Source: a bacterium
Lineage (GTDB): Bacteria; UBA8248
Assembly: GCA_965199855.1 (NCBI GenBank)
Contig: OZ241326.1
Span: 1,696,001 to 1,760,000 of the forward strand
DNA length: 64,000 nucleotides
Reading direction: 5' to 3'
Below, piece after piece: positions 1 through 9,751 of the stretch. The position numbers and the translations under genes are program-made. Below the pieces are notes generated by a model. The model ran no database searches, had not been told where the DNA came from, and worked only from the letters and a program-made list of their open reading frames with translations. The first letter of the stretch is position 1; each line of letters opens with the position of its first letter.

Positions 1-26
1 GAGCGCGTCGAAGCCGGGCCGTTCCG

Positions 27-53
27 ACTCCCCCGTCCCGGGGGAGTTTTTTT
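27..53 (+). terminator. Rho-independent terminator of an upstream gene outside the window
   Basis: Stem ACTCCCCCG-tcc-CGGGGGAGT followed by a T run. Confidence 0.7.
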
Positions 54-69
54 CGTCCGCGCGAACTCC

Positions 70-98
70 TTGACGCCGAAGGCGGGCTTGGGTAGCTT
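70..98 (+). promoter_or_regulatory. sigma70-like promoter for rel
   Basis: TTGACG-17 nt-TAGCTT, just after the terminator and upstream of the rel start. Confidence 0.55.
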
Positions 99-185
99 TC
101 CGGGCCGTGGCCGGATGGAGGGGGCGGCCCCGCTCTTTCCGGGGACGAGCCGCCGCCGGAGCCGGTCGAAAGAGGAGGGAATCCG

Positions 186-2411
186 TTGCCTCCGGTCTTG
201 ACGCCGCGTCCGCCCGCCCGGATCATGGACATCATCGATCTGGTCGAGGCGTATTCGCCCGACTGCTCGGAGATGCTCACCAGGGCCTATATCTTCACGG
301 CGAAAGTCCACAAGGGGCAGTCCCGCGTTTCCGGGGAGCCCTACATATCCCATCCCCTGGAGGTGGCCCGCATTCTGGCGGAACTGCGCCAGGACCCCGA
401 GACGGTATGCGCCGGCCTGCTGCACGACACCGTGGAGGACACCTCGACGACGCTCGGGGAGATTGACGAACACTTCGGGGAGCATGTCGCCGAGCTCGTG
501 GACGGCGTCACGAAGCTGGCGAAGATCGACAGCTCGAACACCCAGATCCGGCAGGCGGAAAGCTACCGCAAGATGCTGATCGCCATGTCGAGGGACATCC
601 GGGTCATCATCATCAAACTCGCCGACAGGCTCCACAACGCGCTGACCCTTCATCATCTCCCGCAAAAAAGGCGGGAGCGCATCGCTAGGGAGACGGCGGA
701 AATCTACGCCCCGCTTGCCAATCGCATCGGCCTCGGCTGGCTCAAGGGGGCGCTGGAGGACGTGGCGTTCAAGCATCTGCGCCCCAGGGAGTTCCTGGAG
801 ATTGACGAAATGCTCCGCGACGGCCTCGAGGACCGCGAAGCGTATATGGAGCGCGTCATCGCGGATCTGAACGAAAGCCTCGGGGAAGCGGGCGTCAGCG
901 CGGAGGCGTCCGCCAGATTCAAGCTTCACTCCAGCATCTACGAGAAGATGCAGACGCAGAATCTCGACTTCCACCAGGTGTATGACATTTGCGGCGTGCG
1001 CGTCATCGTGGACGACGCGAAGGACTGCTACGCGGTGCTGGGGGTTCTGCATTCGCGCTGGACGCCCATCCCCGGACGCTTCAAGGACTACATCGCCCTG
1101 CCCAAGGCGAATCTGTATCAGTCTCTTCACACCACCGTCCTGGGGCCGGCGGGGCAGAGGGTCGAATTCCAGATTCGCACGCGGGAGATGCACCGCGTGG
1201 CGGATGAGGGCATCGCCGCGCACTGGAAATACAAGGGAGGCGAGGAGGTCAACGACGACATGGCCGACAAGTTCGAGTGGCTCAGGAGAATCGTGGAAAG
1301 CCTGAGCGAAGAGGCCGATCCGCGCAATCTGGTCGATTCCGTGAAGGTCAATCTGTTTCAGGACGAGGTGTTCGTCTTCACACCCCGGGGAGATGTGAAG
1401 AGCTTCCCGCGCGGGGCGACGCCTGTCGATTTCGCCTTCTCGATCCATACGGATTTGGGCAGCCGCTGCGTGGGCGCCAAGATCAACGGGAAAATCGCGC
1501 CCTTGAGCAGGCTCCTCGAAAACGGCGACATCGTCGAGATATTCACGAATCAGCACCGAAAGCCCAGCGTGGACTGGATGAAGTTCGTCGTCACCGCCAG
1601 GGCGAAGCAGAAGATCAGAAACTGGATCAGGCAGGAGCAGCGGGAGCGCTCCCTCACGCTCGGCGAGGAGCTGCTCGAGCATGAGCTGAGCCGGTGCGTG
1701 AGGATTTCCTCGCCATACATGAGCCCCCGCGCCCTGCGGGAGGCGGCGCGCTTCTTCGGGGTTCAGAGCGACAAGGACCTTCTGGCGGGGATTGGCTTCG
1801 GGCGCGTATCCGCGCGCCAGGTCGCCTACAAGCTGCTGCCCGAGGAGCTCGTGCGCGAGCGGGAGAGGAAGGACAGGTCCCGCCTCAGGCGTCTGGTGCA
1901 CCGCGTGAGCCGCCACAGGAGCCGGCCGGGCATTCTCGTGAAGGATCAGGACGACGTGCTGGTTCGCTACGGAAAATGCTGCCAGCCGATTCCGGGCGAT
2001 GAGATCGTCGGCTTCATCACGCGCGGACGCGGCGTGACGGTGCACAACGAGGACTGCCCCAACATCAAGGCGCTGATGGACGAGCAGGAGCGCCTCGTGG
2101 AGGTTTCCTGGGGCGAGGTCGGCAGGGAGATGCACCTGGTGACGCTCGTGGTGGAGGCGCGGGACAGGCCGGGCGTGCTGGCGAGCCTGAGCGCCGCCAT
2201 CGCCGCGTGCGACGCGAACATCTCCCGCGTCTCGGCCGAGGCCTCCCACAAGAAGGCGGAGATTCGCCTGGACGTCCAGGTGCGCGATCTGGCCCACCTC
2301 AACGAGGTTCTCAAGAGGATTCACGAGGAGAAGTTCATCCTCTCCGTCAATCGAATCGCGCCCGAAGTCGCGCCCCGCAGGGGAGAGGTTCCGAAAATTC
2401 GCTCGGACTAG
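186..2411 (+). CDS. relA: Bifunctional (p)ppGpp synthetase/hydrolase (long RSH, Rel/SpoT)
   Basis: HD hydrolase motif LLHDTVED, IKLADRLHN, RFKDYI (RxKD type), YQSLHT, TGS domain (VFVFTPRG..GAKING), CCQPIPGD zinc finger, C-terminal ACT; TTG start with GAGGAG SD. Confidence 0.96.
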   Translation: MPPVLTPRPPARIMDIIDLVEAYSPDCSEMLTRAYIFTAKVHKGQSRVSGEPYISHPLEVARILAELRQDPETVCAGLLHDTVEDTSTTLGEIDEHFGEHVAELVDGVTKLAKIDSSNTQIRQAESYRKMLIAMSRDIRVIIIKLADRLHNALTLHHLPQKRRERIARETAEIYAPLANRIGLGWLKGALEDVAFKHLRPREFLEIDEMLRDGLEDREAYMERVIADLNESLGEAGVSAEASARFKLHSSIYEKMQTQNLDFHQVYDICGVRVIVDDAKDCYAVLGVLHSRWTPIPGRFKDYIALPKANLYQSLHTTVLGPAGQRVEFQIRTREMHRVADEGIAAHWKYKGGEEVNDDMADKFEWLRRIVESLSEEADPRNLVDSVKVNLFQDEVFVFTPRGDVKSFPRGATPVDFAFSIHTDLGSRCVGAKINGKIAPLSRLLENGDIVEIFTNQHRKPSVDWMKFVVTARAKQKIRNWIRQEQRERSLTLGEELLEHELSRCVRISSPYMSPRALREAARFFGVQSDKDLLAGIGFGRVSARQVAYKLLPEELVRERERKDRSRLRRLVHRVSRHRSRPGILVKDQDDVLVRYGKCCQPIPGDEIVGFITRGRGVTVHNEDCPNIKALMDEQERLVEVSWGEVGREMHLVTLVVEARDRPGVLASLSAAIAACDANISRVSAEASHKKAEIRLDVQVRDLAHLNEVLKRIHEEKFILSVNRIAPEVAPRRGEVPKIRSD

Positions 2412-2449
2412 GCGCGCTTCGCCCGAATCGGCGGCGGAGAGGACGCCTC

Positions 2450-3157
2450 ATGGCTCGCGGCGCATCCATGCCTGATTTGCTCGATCACCCCTGGGAAATC
2501 ACCCCCGCCGAGGCGATGCGGGTTCAAGGCGCGCTTCGGAAGCGTCTGGCGCGCCATCCGCTGGCCGCCCGGCCCAAAACAATCGCGGGCGCGGACGTCT
2601 CCTGCCCATGGCGCGGCGAATCCGGCGTCGGCGGGATGGTCGTTTTCTCCTGGCCCGACATGCGAATCGTCGATGAATCGTTCCATGCCGGAGCGCTGCG
2701 CTTTCCCTACGTCCCCGGTCTGCTCTCCTTTCGGGAGGGCTTTTTGCTCGAAAAAGCCTTTCTGGGTCTGCGGGAGAAGCCGGATCTCGTCATTTTCGAC
2801 GGTCAGGGAGCGGCGCACCCCCGGGGGTTCGGCATCGCCTCGCACCTGGGGCTGCGGCTGGGCCTGCCTTCCATAGGATGCGCCAAGAGCCGCCTGTTCG
2901 GCGACGCTCCCGAGGCGCCGGGCGAGGAGAAGGGGGATTGGCGGCGCCTCCGCTCCCCGGACGGGCGCGAGATAGGCGCGGTTCTCAGAACGAGGCGCGG
3001 CGTGAAGCCCGTGTATGTCTCTCCCGGCCACCGCATCGACATCGAGGATTCGGTTCGCTGGGTGCTGAAGACGACTTCCCGATACCGCCTGCCCGAGGTG
3101 ATTCGCGCGGCGCACAGGCGCGTGAACGAAGAGCGAGTGAGGCGAAAAATCACATAG
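2450..3157 (+). CDS. nfi: Endonuclease V (deoxyinosine 3' endonuclease)
   Basis: AGADVS, FPYVPGLLSFRE, DGQGAAHPRGFGIASHLG, IGCAKSRL, PVYVSPGH, RLPE; ATG 2450 with GGAGAGG SD. Confidence 0.95.
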   Translation: MARGASMPDLLDHPWEITPAEAMRVQGALRKRLARHPLAARPKTIAGADVSCPWRGESGVGGMVVFSWPDMRIVDESFHAGALRFPYVPGLLSFREGFLLEKAFLGLREKPDLVIFDGQGAAHPRGFGIASHLGLRLGLPSIGCAKSRLFGDAPEAPGEEKGDWRRLRSPDGREIGAVLRTRRGVKPVYVSPGHRIDIEDSVRWVLKTTSRYRLPEVIRAAHRRVNEERVRRKIT

Positions 3158-3214
3158 CGAAGAAAGAAGCCGCGCCCCGTCCCGGCGCTTCCGCGTCGAG
3201 CGGCCGCGCGGAGG

Positions 3215-6121
3215 CTACCCAGACGACGCGCCGCGCGGGGACGCCGCTTCGGGTTTTGCGGCCTGCGGCGCGCCGCCCTCCGCCCCGGGGGCGGGGACGA
3301 AGTTCTTCTCGATCATCAGGTAGTCCCGAATCGCGCGGATTTGGCGATACGCATCCCCTCCGAGCGTCTCCTCGTCGATGGGCTCGCCATGGCTCTCGAT
3401 GCTTCCCTTGCCGATGGTCTTTCCGAGATCGACGGGGGAGGAGATGATCATCTTTTTCTCATCCATGCTCATCACCCGGACAAGGTGGGCGCTCCCGCCG
3501 ATGCGCAGGGTGGCCAGCTGCTCCTCGGCCAGCTCGGCCTCTTTCGCGGTTTCCAGCTCGTAGGCGAAGCGGCCCTCCTCCTTCTCGCCCCGCGTCCCCT
3601 TGACGACTTCGGCCCGCGCCCCCGCGCCTTCAAAGAAATTCGGCATTCTGGTTCCCGGCTGAATCTTGCCCGGGTTCACAAGCCAGTCGAATATCCAGTC
3701 GGGACGCAGGCGGCTTTTGGTGAACAGGAGGTTCGGCGCGGTCGGGGGTTCCTGCCCCGCCGGGGGCGGCCACTCTCCATGACAGGAGAGGCATTCCGCC
3801 TTCGTGAACAGCTCCTTTCCGGCTTTCCGGCTTTCCGCGCTCACGTTCGCGGCGTCGAAATGGACGTAGGGGCGAAGTTTCGAGTCCAGCGCGGCGAAGT
3901 AGTCCACGAGCGCGGCGGCGTCCTCCTCGGGCATCTGGAAGCTGGGCATCCGCACCTTCAGCCAGGGCCTCAAGGTCACGACGTCGCGCAGGAAGCCGAA
4001 GAACCAGTCCGGCTGCACCTTCCTGCCCTCGCCGTTCAGCGGGGGCGGGCCTTTCGCCTTGTCCTGGTAGCGCCGGAGGAGGTCGCCGCCCCAGTTCTCG
4101 ATCACGTGGCAGCCGCTGCAGTTGTATTTTTCGATCATCCGGCGGCCTTTTTCGATGCGCCTCGCGCGATCGTCCAGCCTGACGTGGACGCTGTGCGGCG
4201 CGCCGTGCGGCGTCATGGAGCGGAGCAGGGTGCGTATGGCGGTGACTTCCGCGTCGCTGAGCTCGAAATTCGGCATCAGGAGGGCTTCGCGCTCCGTCTG
4301 GTAGATTTGCGGGTTCTTGAGCTTGCCGAAGGTCCACGCCTCCCATGTGTGCGGCGTATCGACCACGTTCCCGAACGAAAGCTCGAACGGCTTCTTGGCG
4401 GCGAAGCGGGTGAGGTCCGGCCCGATTTTGGAGAGCGCCTCCGTGCCGGGAATGACGTGGCAGCCGAAGCAGCCTCGCGTCGCCACGAGCTTCCTGCCCC
4501 GCTCGAAGGAGGCCGCGTCGCCCAGCTTCCGGGGCTTCGGCCGCTTGGACGGCGGCGTGAGGCTGATGAGGTAGGCCGTCACCGCGCTCGCCTCCTCATC
4601 CGAGAGGCGCAGACTGGGCATCTTCGTGTCGGGCCAATACGCCTTGGGGTTTTTCAGCCACCGGCGCAGCCAGTCGGGCCGCACCTTCGCGCCGATGTTC
4701 TGAAGGGCCGGGGCGAAGTCCCGGTTGCGATAGACGATGGGCCTTCCGTTCACGCCCTCGAGGGGCGGGCCGGGGTTCAGGTCGCCTTCGCCCCGGACGT
4801 GGCAGCCCAGGCACCCGACGGACTCGAAGACGGCTTTTCCCTTTTCAATCCGCGCGGGGTCGTCCAGGTTCGGAGCCTCGCCCGGCTCCGCCTTCCGCTT
4901 GCCCTGCCGCCAGACGTAGGTGGCGATGTCGAACGCCTCCTGATCCGTCAGGCTGAAATAGGGCATTCGGGTGCGCGGGTTGTAGTCTTTCGGCTTCTTG
5001 ATCCAGGAGACGAGCCAGGAGGGCGACACCTTTTCCTGAATTCTCGACAAGTCCGGCCCCGCCTTGCGCAGACCCTCTGTGCCCGGCAGGGTGTGGCAGC
5101 CGTTGCACCCCATCTCCCGCGCGAGGGAGATGCCGCGCGAGATTTGCGGCGCCCCGGGAATGTTGAACTGCTCCGCGTGGCAGCTTCTGCACTTGGTCTG
5201 GGTCTCGCTGCCGTACAGCATGGGGTCTTCCCAGAACTGCACGTGGCCGTGGGCCTTCTCCACGCTGGTGACGGCGGTTCCCTGTCCGCCGTGGCAGAGG
5301 GTGCAGCCGACCTTGTTGAATTCGTGCTTCGAGAGATAAAGGCGCCGGTCGGGGTGCGTGCGGAACGGCTGGGGCGCGTTTTCAAACCCCGCCCGGTTGA
5401 TTCCCAGGTGGCAGGTCTGGCACCGCTCCACCTTCATCACCGGCTCGTTGAAGTTGTTGCGCTCGTATTCGCGCAGGACGATCTGGTTGATCTCGTAGGG
5501 CCGGCCGGCGATGCCCTGGAGTCGCCGCTCCTGGAAGGAAATCGCGCTCGCGGCTTTTCGCCGCGCCGCCTCGAGCGCTTCCAGTTCCTTCCTCCTGGCT
5601 TCAATCTTCGCCTTTATCGCGTCCCTGGCGGCTTCCGCCTTCTCCGCGATCGGCTGTATCTGGTCGAGCTGGGCCTTGGCTTCATCGACTTCTTTTTGCT
5701 CGGCCTCCTTGTCGTGTCCCTGGCGAATGGCTTCCTGGAGGTAGAAATAGGACTGGTCGAAAAGGGCTTTTCGGAAGCCCAGCTCCTGGACTTTCTCGAA
5801 GGCGTCGAGCTCGCTTTCGGCGAACGCCTCCCTGAGCGCCTTCAGCTCCTCGTCGCTGGCGAGCTTCTGCTTTTGGGCGGCGATTTTCCGGTCGAGTTCG
5901 GAGATTCGGGAGCCGCTCGACGCCCTGAGGCCGGCGAGCTCCTTCTCCACGAGCGCCTTCTCGTAGGCGTTGAACTCTTTTTGATACTGCTTCCAGGGCC
6001 TGCGCGTGAACGCCTCGTCCCACACCGTCCAGAACGTGACGGCGACCATGACGAGCCCGAGAATGAAGAAGGGAACGGGACTGGTTTTCTCCTCCGGAGG
6101 CTTGAAGTCTCTACCTTGCAT
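3215..6121 (-). CDS. Membrane-anchored multiheme (octaheme) cytochrome c
   Basis: N-terminal TM helix, long coiled coil, eight CxxCH motifs (CQTCH, CTLCH, CRSCH, CNGCH, CLGCH, CFGCH, CSGCH, CLSCH) and repeated W..W...P....P.T.MP.F class I cytochrome units. Confidence 0.9.
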   Translation of the reverse strand: MQGRDFKPPEEKTSPVPFFILGLVMVAVTFWTVWDEAFTRRPWKQYQKEFNAYEKALVEKELAGLRASSGSRISELDRKIAAQKQKLASDEELKALREAFAESELDAFEKVQELGFRKALFDQSYFYLQEAIRQGHDKEAEQKEVDEAKAQLDQIQPIAEKAEAARDAIKAKIEARRKELEALEAARRKAASAISFQERRLQGIAGRPYEINQIVLREYERNNFNEPVMKVERCQTCHLGINRAGFENAPQPFRTHPDRRLYLSKHEFNKVGCTLCHGGQGTAVTSVEKAHGHVQFWEDPMLYGSETQTKCRSCHAEQFNIPGAPQISRGISLAREMGCNGCHTLPGTEGLRKAGPDLSRIQEKVSPSWLVSWIKKPKDYNPRTRMPYFSLTDQEAFDIATYVWRQGKRKAEPGEAPNLDDPARIEKGKAVFESVGCLGCHVRGEGDLNPGPPLEGVNGRPIVYRNRDFAPALQNIGAKVRPDWLRRWLKNPKAYWPDTKMPSLRLSDEEASAVTAYLISLTPPSKRPKPRKLGDAASFERGRKLVATRGCFGCHVIPGTEALSKIGPDLTRFAAKKPFELSFGNVVDTPHTWEAWTFGKLKNPQIYQTEREALLMPNFELSDAEVTAIRTLLRSMTPHGAPHSVHVRLDDRARRIEKGRRMIEKYNCSGCHVIENWGGDLLRRYQDKAKGPPPLNGEGRKVQPDWFFGFLRDVVTLRPWLKVRMPSFQMPEEDAAALVDYFAALDSKLRPYVHFDAANVSAESRKAGKELFTKAECLSCHGEWPPPAGQEPPTAPNLLFTKSRLRPDWIFDWLVNPGKIQPGTRMPNFFEGAGARAEVVKGTRGEKEEGRFAYELETAKEAELAEEQLATLRIGGSAHLVRVMSMDEKKMIISSPVDLGKTIGKGSIESHGEPIDEETLGGDAYRQIRAIRDYLMIEKNFVPAPGAEGGAPQAAKPEAASPRGASSG

Positions 6122-6189
6122 TGTGAAAAAACGCTCCCCCCGGCGTTTTGAGCGAAAATCGCGGGCGCTTCCCGTCTGAAATCGGGCTG

Positions 6190-6218
6190 ATTATAGGTAT
6201 GGGCAAAAGGGGCGTCAA
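6190..6218 (-). promoter_or_regulatory. sigma70-like promoter for the cytochrome c gene
   Basis: Minus strand TTGACG-17 nt-TATAAT, about 70 nt upstream of the ATG. Confidence 0.7.
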
Positions 6219-6262
6219 CCGCAGGGCGGATAGTTTTGACTCAAGGCGCGCCGCCGGCCGGT

Positions 6263-9200
6263 CTATCCGCTCTGGCCGCGAATGATGCTGGCGAGCTGGC
6301 GGATGATGGCGACGGAGATGGCGGGATGATCGTGGATCAGCTGCAAAAGCGGCTCTTTCTCGATGCCCAGCAGGGAGGCGTCCTTGCTGGCGCGCGCGCC
6401 CGCGCTTCTGCCTTCTTCGCCGAACAGTGCGATTTCTCCGAACGAGGTGGGCGGGCCGAGCGTGGCCAGTATCCTCGGCTCCCCGCTCGTCCGGCTCTGC
6501 GTGATCTCGATTTCCCCGTCCACGATGACGTAGAGGTAGTCGCAGGGGTCTCCCTGCTCGAAAAGAATTTTTCCCGCCGGCGCCTGGATTTCCCGCGAAA
6601 TGTTGCTCAGGATTTTGAGCTGCTCCGCGCTCATCGCCTCGAACATGTTGACGCCTTTGAGGAACAGGGCCTTTTCAATGGTCGAGAGCATGGCTTTCTC
6701 CTGTCGGGATGAGGTTTCTCCGGGCCTTCCGCGCCGGCCGAGCCCGCGGCGCGCCTGAATCCGCACCATTTCGCTTTCGTCATTCTTCGCGGCTCTCAAA
6801 GCCGCTTCAACGGCTTCTTCGTCCTGCAGGACGCCCGCCAGGGCGGCGACGGCGGCCTCGCGGATGAAGGGATCCTCATGCGAGGCGCGCGCCCCGAAGC
6901 GGGCGATCCACGCCGCCGCCGTCTCATGCGCCGCGCCCGCGAGGTATTTTCCCGCCGCGTCGATGGCGATGGCCTGAAGCCAGGCGTTGTCGGAATTCGC
7001 GTATGTCTCCAGCGCCTCGTCGATGGATGCGTCGGGTATTTCCCAGAGTTTTCTGCCCTCCGAGATTTTCTCCTCGGTCGATCTGCCCAGAAGCAGGGGC
7101 TCGAGAGCGAGGATGAGGATCCTCGCGCCGCCGGCGGAGGAGAAATCCGAGAGCGTCTCGATGGCGATCGCCCTTGATGAAGAAGAGCCGCCCCGGGCGA
7201 TGGATTCCGCCACGGTGTCCACCGTCTTCTCGTCTCCAATCACCCCCAGAAGATCCAGCAGCACCAGCTGCCTCTCTTCCACGGCGTCGCCCAGCGCCTT
7301 TCGCAGCATCGTGAAGGGGGCGGCGTTTTCCTGGCGTTCGATGGCGCGGAGATGGCTGATGACGGCATACGTCTCCTTGAGGCGCTCCACGGCGAACGAG
7401 GAGAGCGCCTCGACGATTTCCGCCGCGCCCATCTCCCGCTCGTCGCTTTTGGCGCTTTTGAGCAGAAGCGGCGCGAGAAACGAAGCCACGCCGGAGCCTT
7501 CGAGGGAGAGAGTTCCTTTTCGCTTCATCTTCTTCAGGGAATCGACGGCCTGGCTTCGCACCAGCGCGTCGGCGTCCGAGAGGGCGCGCAGGGCGCGCTC
7601 GAAGTTCTCCCTCGTTCCCCTCTCGCCGAGCTGCCGCACGCCCCTGCGCCGAATCGCCGCGCTCCTGTCCGCCGTGGCCGCGCGGAGGACTTCCTCCATC
7701 TTCTCCTCGTCCACGCCCTGGTTCATGGCCAGGGCCGCGATGGCCTCCAGGGCGGCTCCGCGGACCCTTTCCTCCTCCTGATGGAGATAGGGAATCAGCC
7801 GTCTGATGAACCGCGGGTTCCGGAGTTCTCCGATGCACCGCAGAGCGCAGACCCTGGCCGCCTCGTCTTCCTCGCTGAGCATCCGGTGCAGCGTTTGCAG
7901 GCCGTTGGCGAGCCAGAAGAGGTCGTCCGATCGCACGAGCAGCCGAATGGCGCGCGCCCTCGCTTCCGGGGAGCGGCTCTCCAGGCATTGGTGAACCAGG
8001 TCCGCCATCTCCTCGGTCAGCCCGACGGCTTCGGCCGCGTCCATGGCGGCGCATTGAACGGCCGGGTCTTCCGCCGCCAGGTATTCCGCGACCACGCTCC
8101 GCATTTTTTCGCTTTCCTTCGCCTCGGGCGCCCCGGCGAGGATTTTCAGCAGCCCGGCGGCCGCCTCCCCCCTTCTCCTGGGAATTTCCGCGAGAATCGC
8201 CTCGAACGCCTCGCCCCCGCCGGCGTCGGCCATCATCCGGGCGGCGAAGACGCAGGAGTCGTCATCCCCTTCGCGCACGTTCTTTTTCAGCATCGCCGCG
8301 CTGTCGGCGTCGATCGGGCCGAAGCCCTCCCGCGCGTAGCGATAGAGGCCCAGGCTCCGCTCCTCGAGCATCCTCCGCAGGGCGGCGCCGTATTCGCGGC
8401 GCACGAAGAAGCCGGCGGCGAGGTAGGCGAGGGCGATGAAAAGAGAGATGAGCGCCACTTGGCCGGGGCTCAGGGGGAAGAGGGCGAGGCCGGTCGGCTT
8501 GATGACGAGCAGGGCTGCGCCGCTGACGATGCTGGCCACGGCCACCACCTGCCCCGCGACGAACGCGCCGACCCGCGCGCGAATGGCCGGGGAGACCGCG
8601 TTGTAGAGCAGGGCGTTGATGGCGTTTCGGATGGACTCCTGAAGGTTCTTGTTGTTGAAGCGCAGGAAGACGGCCGAATAGAAGCCCGGCGAAATCGCCA
8701 TGCCGAGGAGTCCGACGATCGTGGTGAGCGGATAGATGAGGTTCGCCGTGCCCAGACCGAGCCGCTTGATGACGCGCGGGGTGATGAACGTTTGAACGAG
8801 AAGGGAGAAGGCGCTGCCGATGGCGGTGAAATACCCGAGGAACGAGGCGAGTTGCGCGCGATCCGGGAACGCTTCCCGGAAAACGAGGCTGTATTGAAAA
8901 TCCTGAAAACTTCTGAGGATGACCACGAGAAAGCTGAACAGGGCGAACGCGCAGACGTATCCATTCGTCCTGAGCAGCGTCAGATTCCCTTCTTTCGAGG
9001 CCGTTTTCGTCCTTTTGCGCTTTCGCGGCCCCGCGTCCTCGATGAGGTGCTCCCGAAGGCGCCATTCGGCGTATTGCACCGCCCCGATGCTGACGATGAT
9101 GGCGCCGATCCACACGTAGAGCAGATTCGTGACGCTTCCCAGGACGGGGATGAGCGCCGGGATGGACAGCCCCCCCAGGATGCCGCCGCAGCGTCCCCCC

Positions 9201-9673
9201 GTCAGGATGAGCGGAACCAGCCGCTTCGATTGCAGGACGTCGAGATATTGGCCGTAGAGGGCGCGGAAGTTGTTCGGCAGCATGTTCGTGAACATGACGA
9301 ACAGCGTGTGCAGGAGCGGAAATGCGATGGGCATCGCATAGGCGCGCACGTCGGCGAAGACGAGCAGCTGGATGCCGAGGATGAGCGCGATGAAGAAGGC
9401 CAGAACGGTCTTGAACATCGCGGGGATGGACAGTTTTTCGGTCAGCGAGGAATAGAAGGAGCTGATGAGGATGATGACGAGGGCGTTGAAGATATACATG
9501 TAGGGCAGGAAGCCCGGCCCGACCTCGGAGAGGAACAGCGCCTCGGACGCGGCGAGGCCGATGGAGAACTGCACTCCGATCAGAAAATAGAACAGGAAGA
9601 ACACGGAGAAAACGAGGATTTCTTCCCGCTGGATGTCGAACGCTTTTTTGAGGAGCCTGGCCATGTTGCTCAC
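6263..9673 (-). CDS. Npt1/Npt2 (TLC/NTT)-like MFS transporter fused to HEAT repeats and a C-terminal cyclic-nucleotide-binding domain
   Basis: About 430-aa multi-TM N-terminus (ALFLSEVGPGFLPYMY, KRLVPLI, LLYNAV); Ala/Arg-rich HEAT/PBS repeats (D.D..VR..A); cNMP domain (LFEQGD..LYVIVDG, FGEIALF..RSAGARA); start 9673 (GTG) or 9664 (ATG). Confidence 0.8.
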   Translation of the reverse strand: MSNMARLLKKAFDIQREEILVFSVFFLFYFLIGVQFSIGLAASEALFLSEVGPGFLPYMYIFNALVIILISSFYSSLTEKLSIPAMFKTVLAFFIALILGIQLLVFADVRAYAMPIAFPLLHTLFVMFTNMLPNNFRALYGQYLDVLQSKRLVPLILTGGRCGGILGGLSIPALIPVLGSVTNLLYVWIGAIIVSIGAVQYAEWRLREHLIEDAGPRKRKRTKTASKEGNLTLLRTNGYVCAFALFSFLVVILRSFQDFQYSLVFREAFPDRAQLASFLGYFTAIGSAFSLLVQTFITPRVIKRLGLGTANLIYPLTTIVGLLGMAISPGFYSAVFLRFNNKNLQESIRNAINALLYNAVSPAIRARVGAFVAGQVVAVASIVSGAALLVIKPTGLALFPLSPGQVALISLFIALAYLAAGFFVRREYGAALRRMLEERSLGLYRYAREGFGPIDADSAAMLKKNVREGDDDSCVFAARMMADAGGGEAFEAILAEIPRRRGEAAAGLLKILAGAPEAKESEKMRSVVAEYLAAEDPAVQCAAMDAAEAVGLTEEMADLVHQCLESRSPEARARAIRLLVRSDDLFWLANGLQTLHRMLSEEDEAARVCALRCIGELRNPRFIRRLIPYLHQEEERVRGAALEAIAALAMNQGVDEEKMEEVLRAATADRSAAIRRRGVRQLGERGTRENFERALRALSDADALVRSQAVDSLKKMKRKGTLSLEGSGVASFLAPLLLKSAKSDEREMGAAEIVEALSSFAVERLKETYAVISHLRAIERQENAAPFTMLRKALGDAVEERQLVLLDLLGVIGDEKTVDTVAESIARGGSSSSRAIAIETLSDFSSAGGARILILALEPLLLGRSTEEKISEGRKLWEIPDASIDEALETYANSDNAWLQAIAIDAAGKYLAGAAHETAAAWIARFGARASHEDPFIREAAVAALAGVLQDEEAVEAALRAAKNDESEMVRIQARRGLGRRGRPGETSSRQEKAMLSTIEKALFLKGVNMFEAMSAEQLKILSNISREIQAPAGKILFEQGDPCDYLYVIVDGEIEITQSRTSGEPRILATLGPPTSFGEIALFGEEGRSAGARASKDASLLGIEKEPLLQLIHDHPAISVAIIRQLASIIRGQSG

Positions 9674-9751
9674 TTGCGGAGCGAGACGCGCGCGCGCCTC
9701 GCCCTCGGGGGCGCGCGGGATGGGAGCGGTAGAGAATGCCCGGATTCTAGC

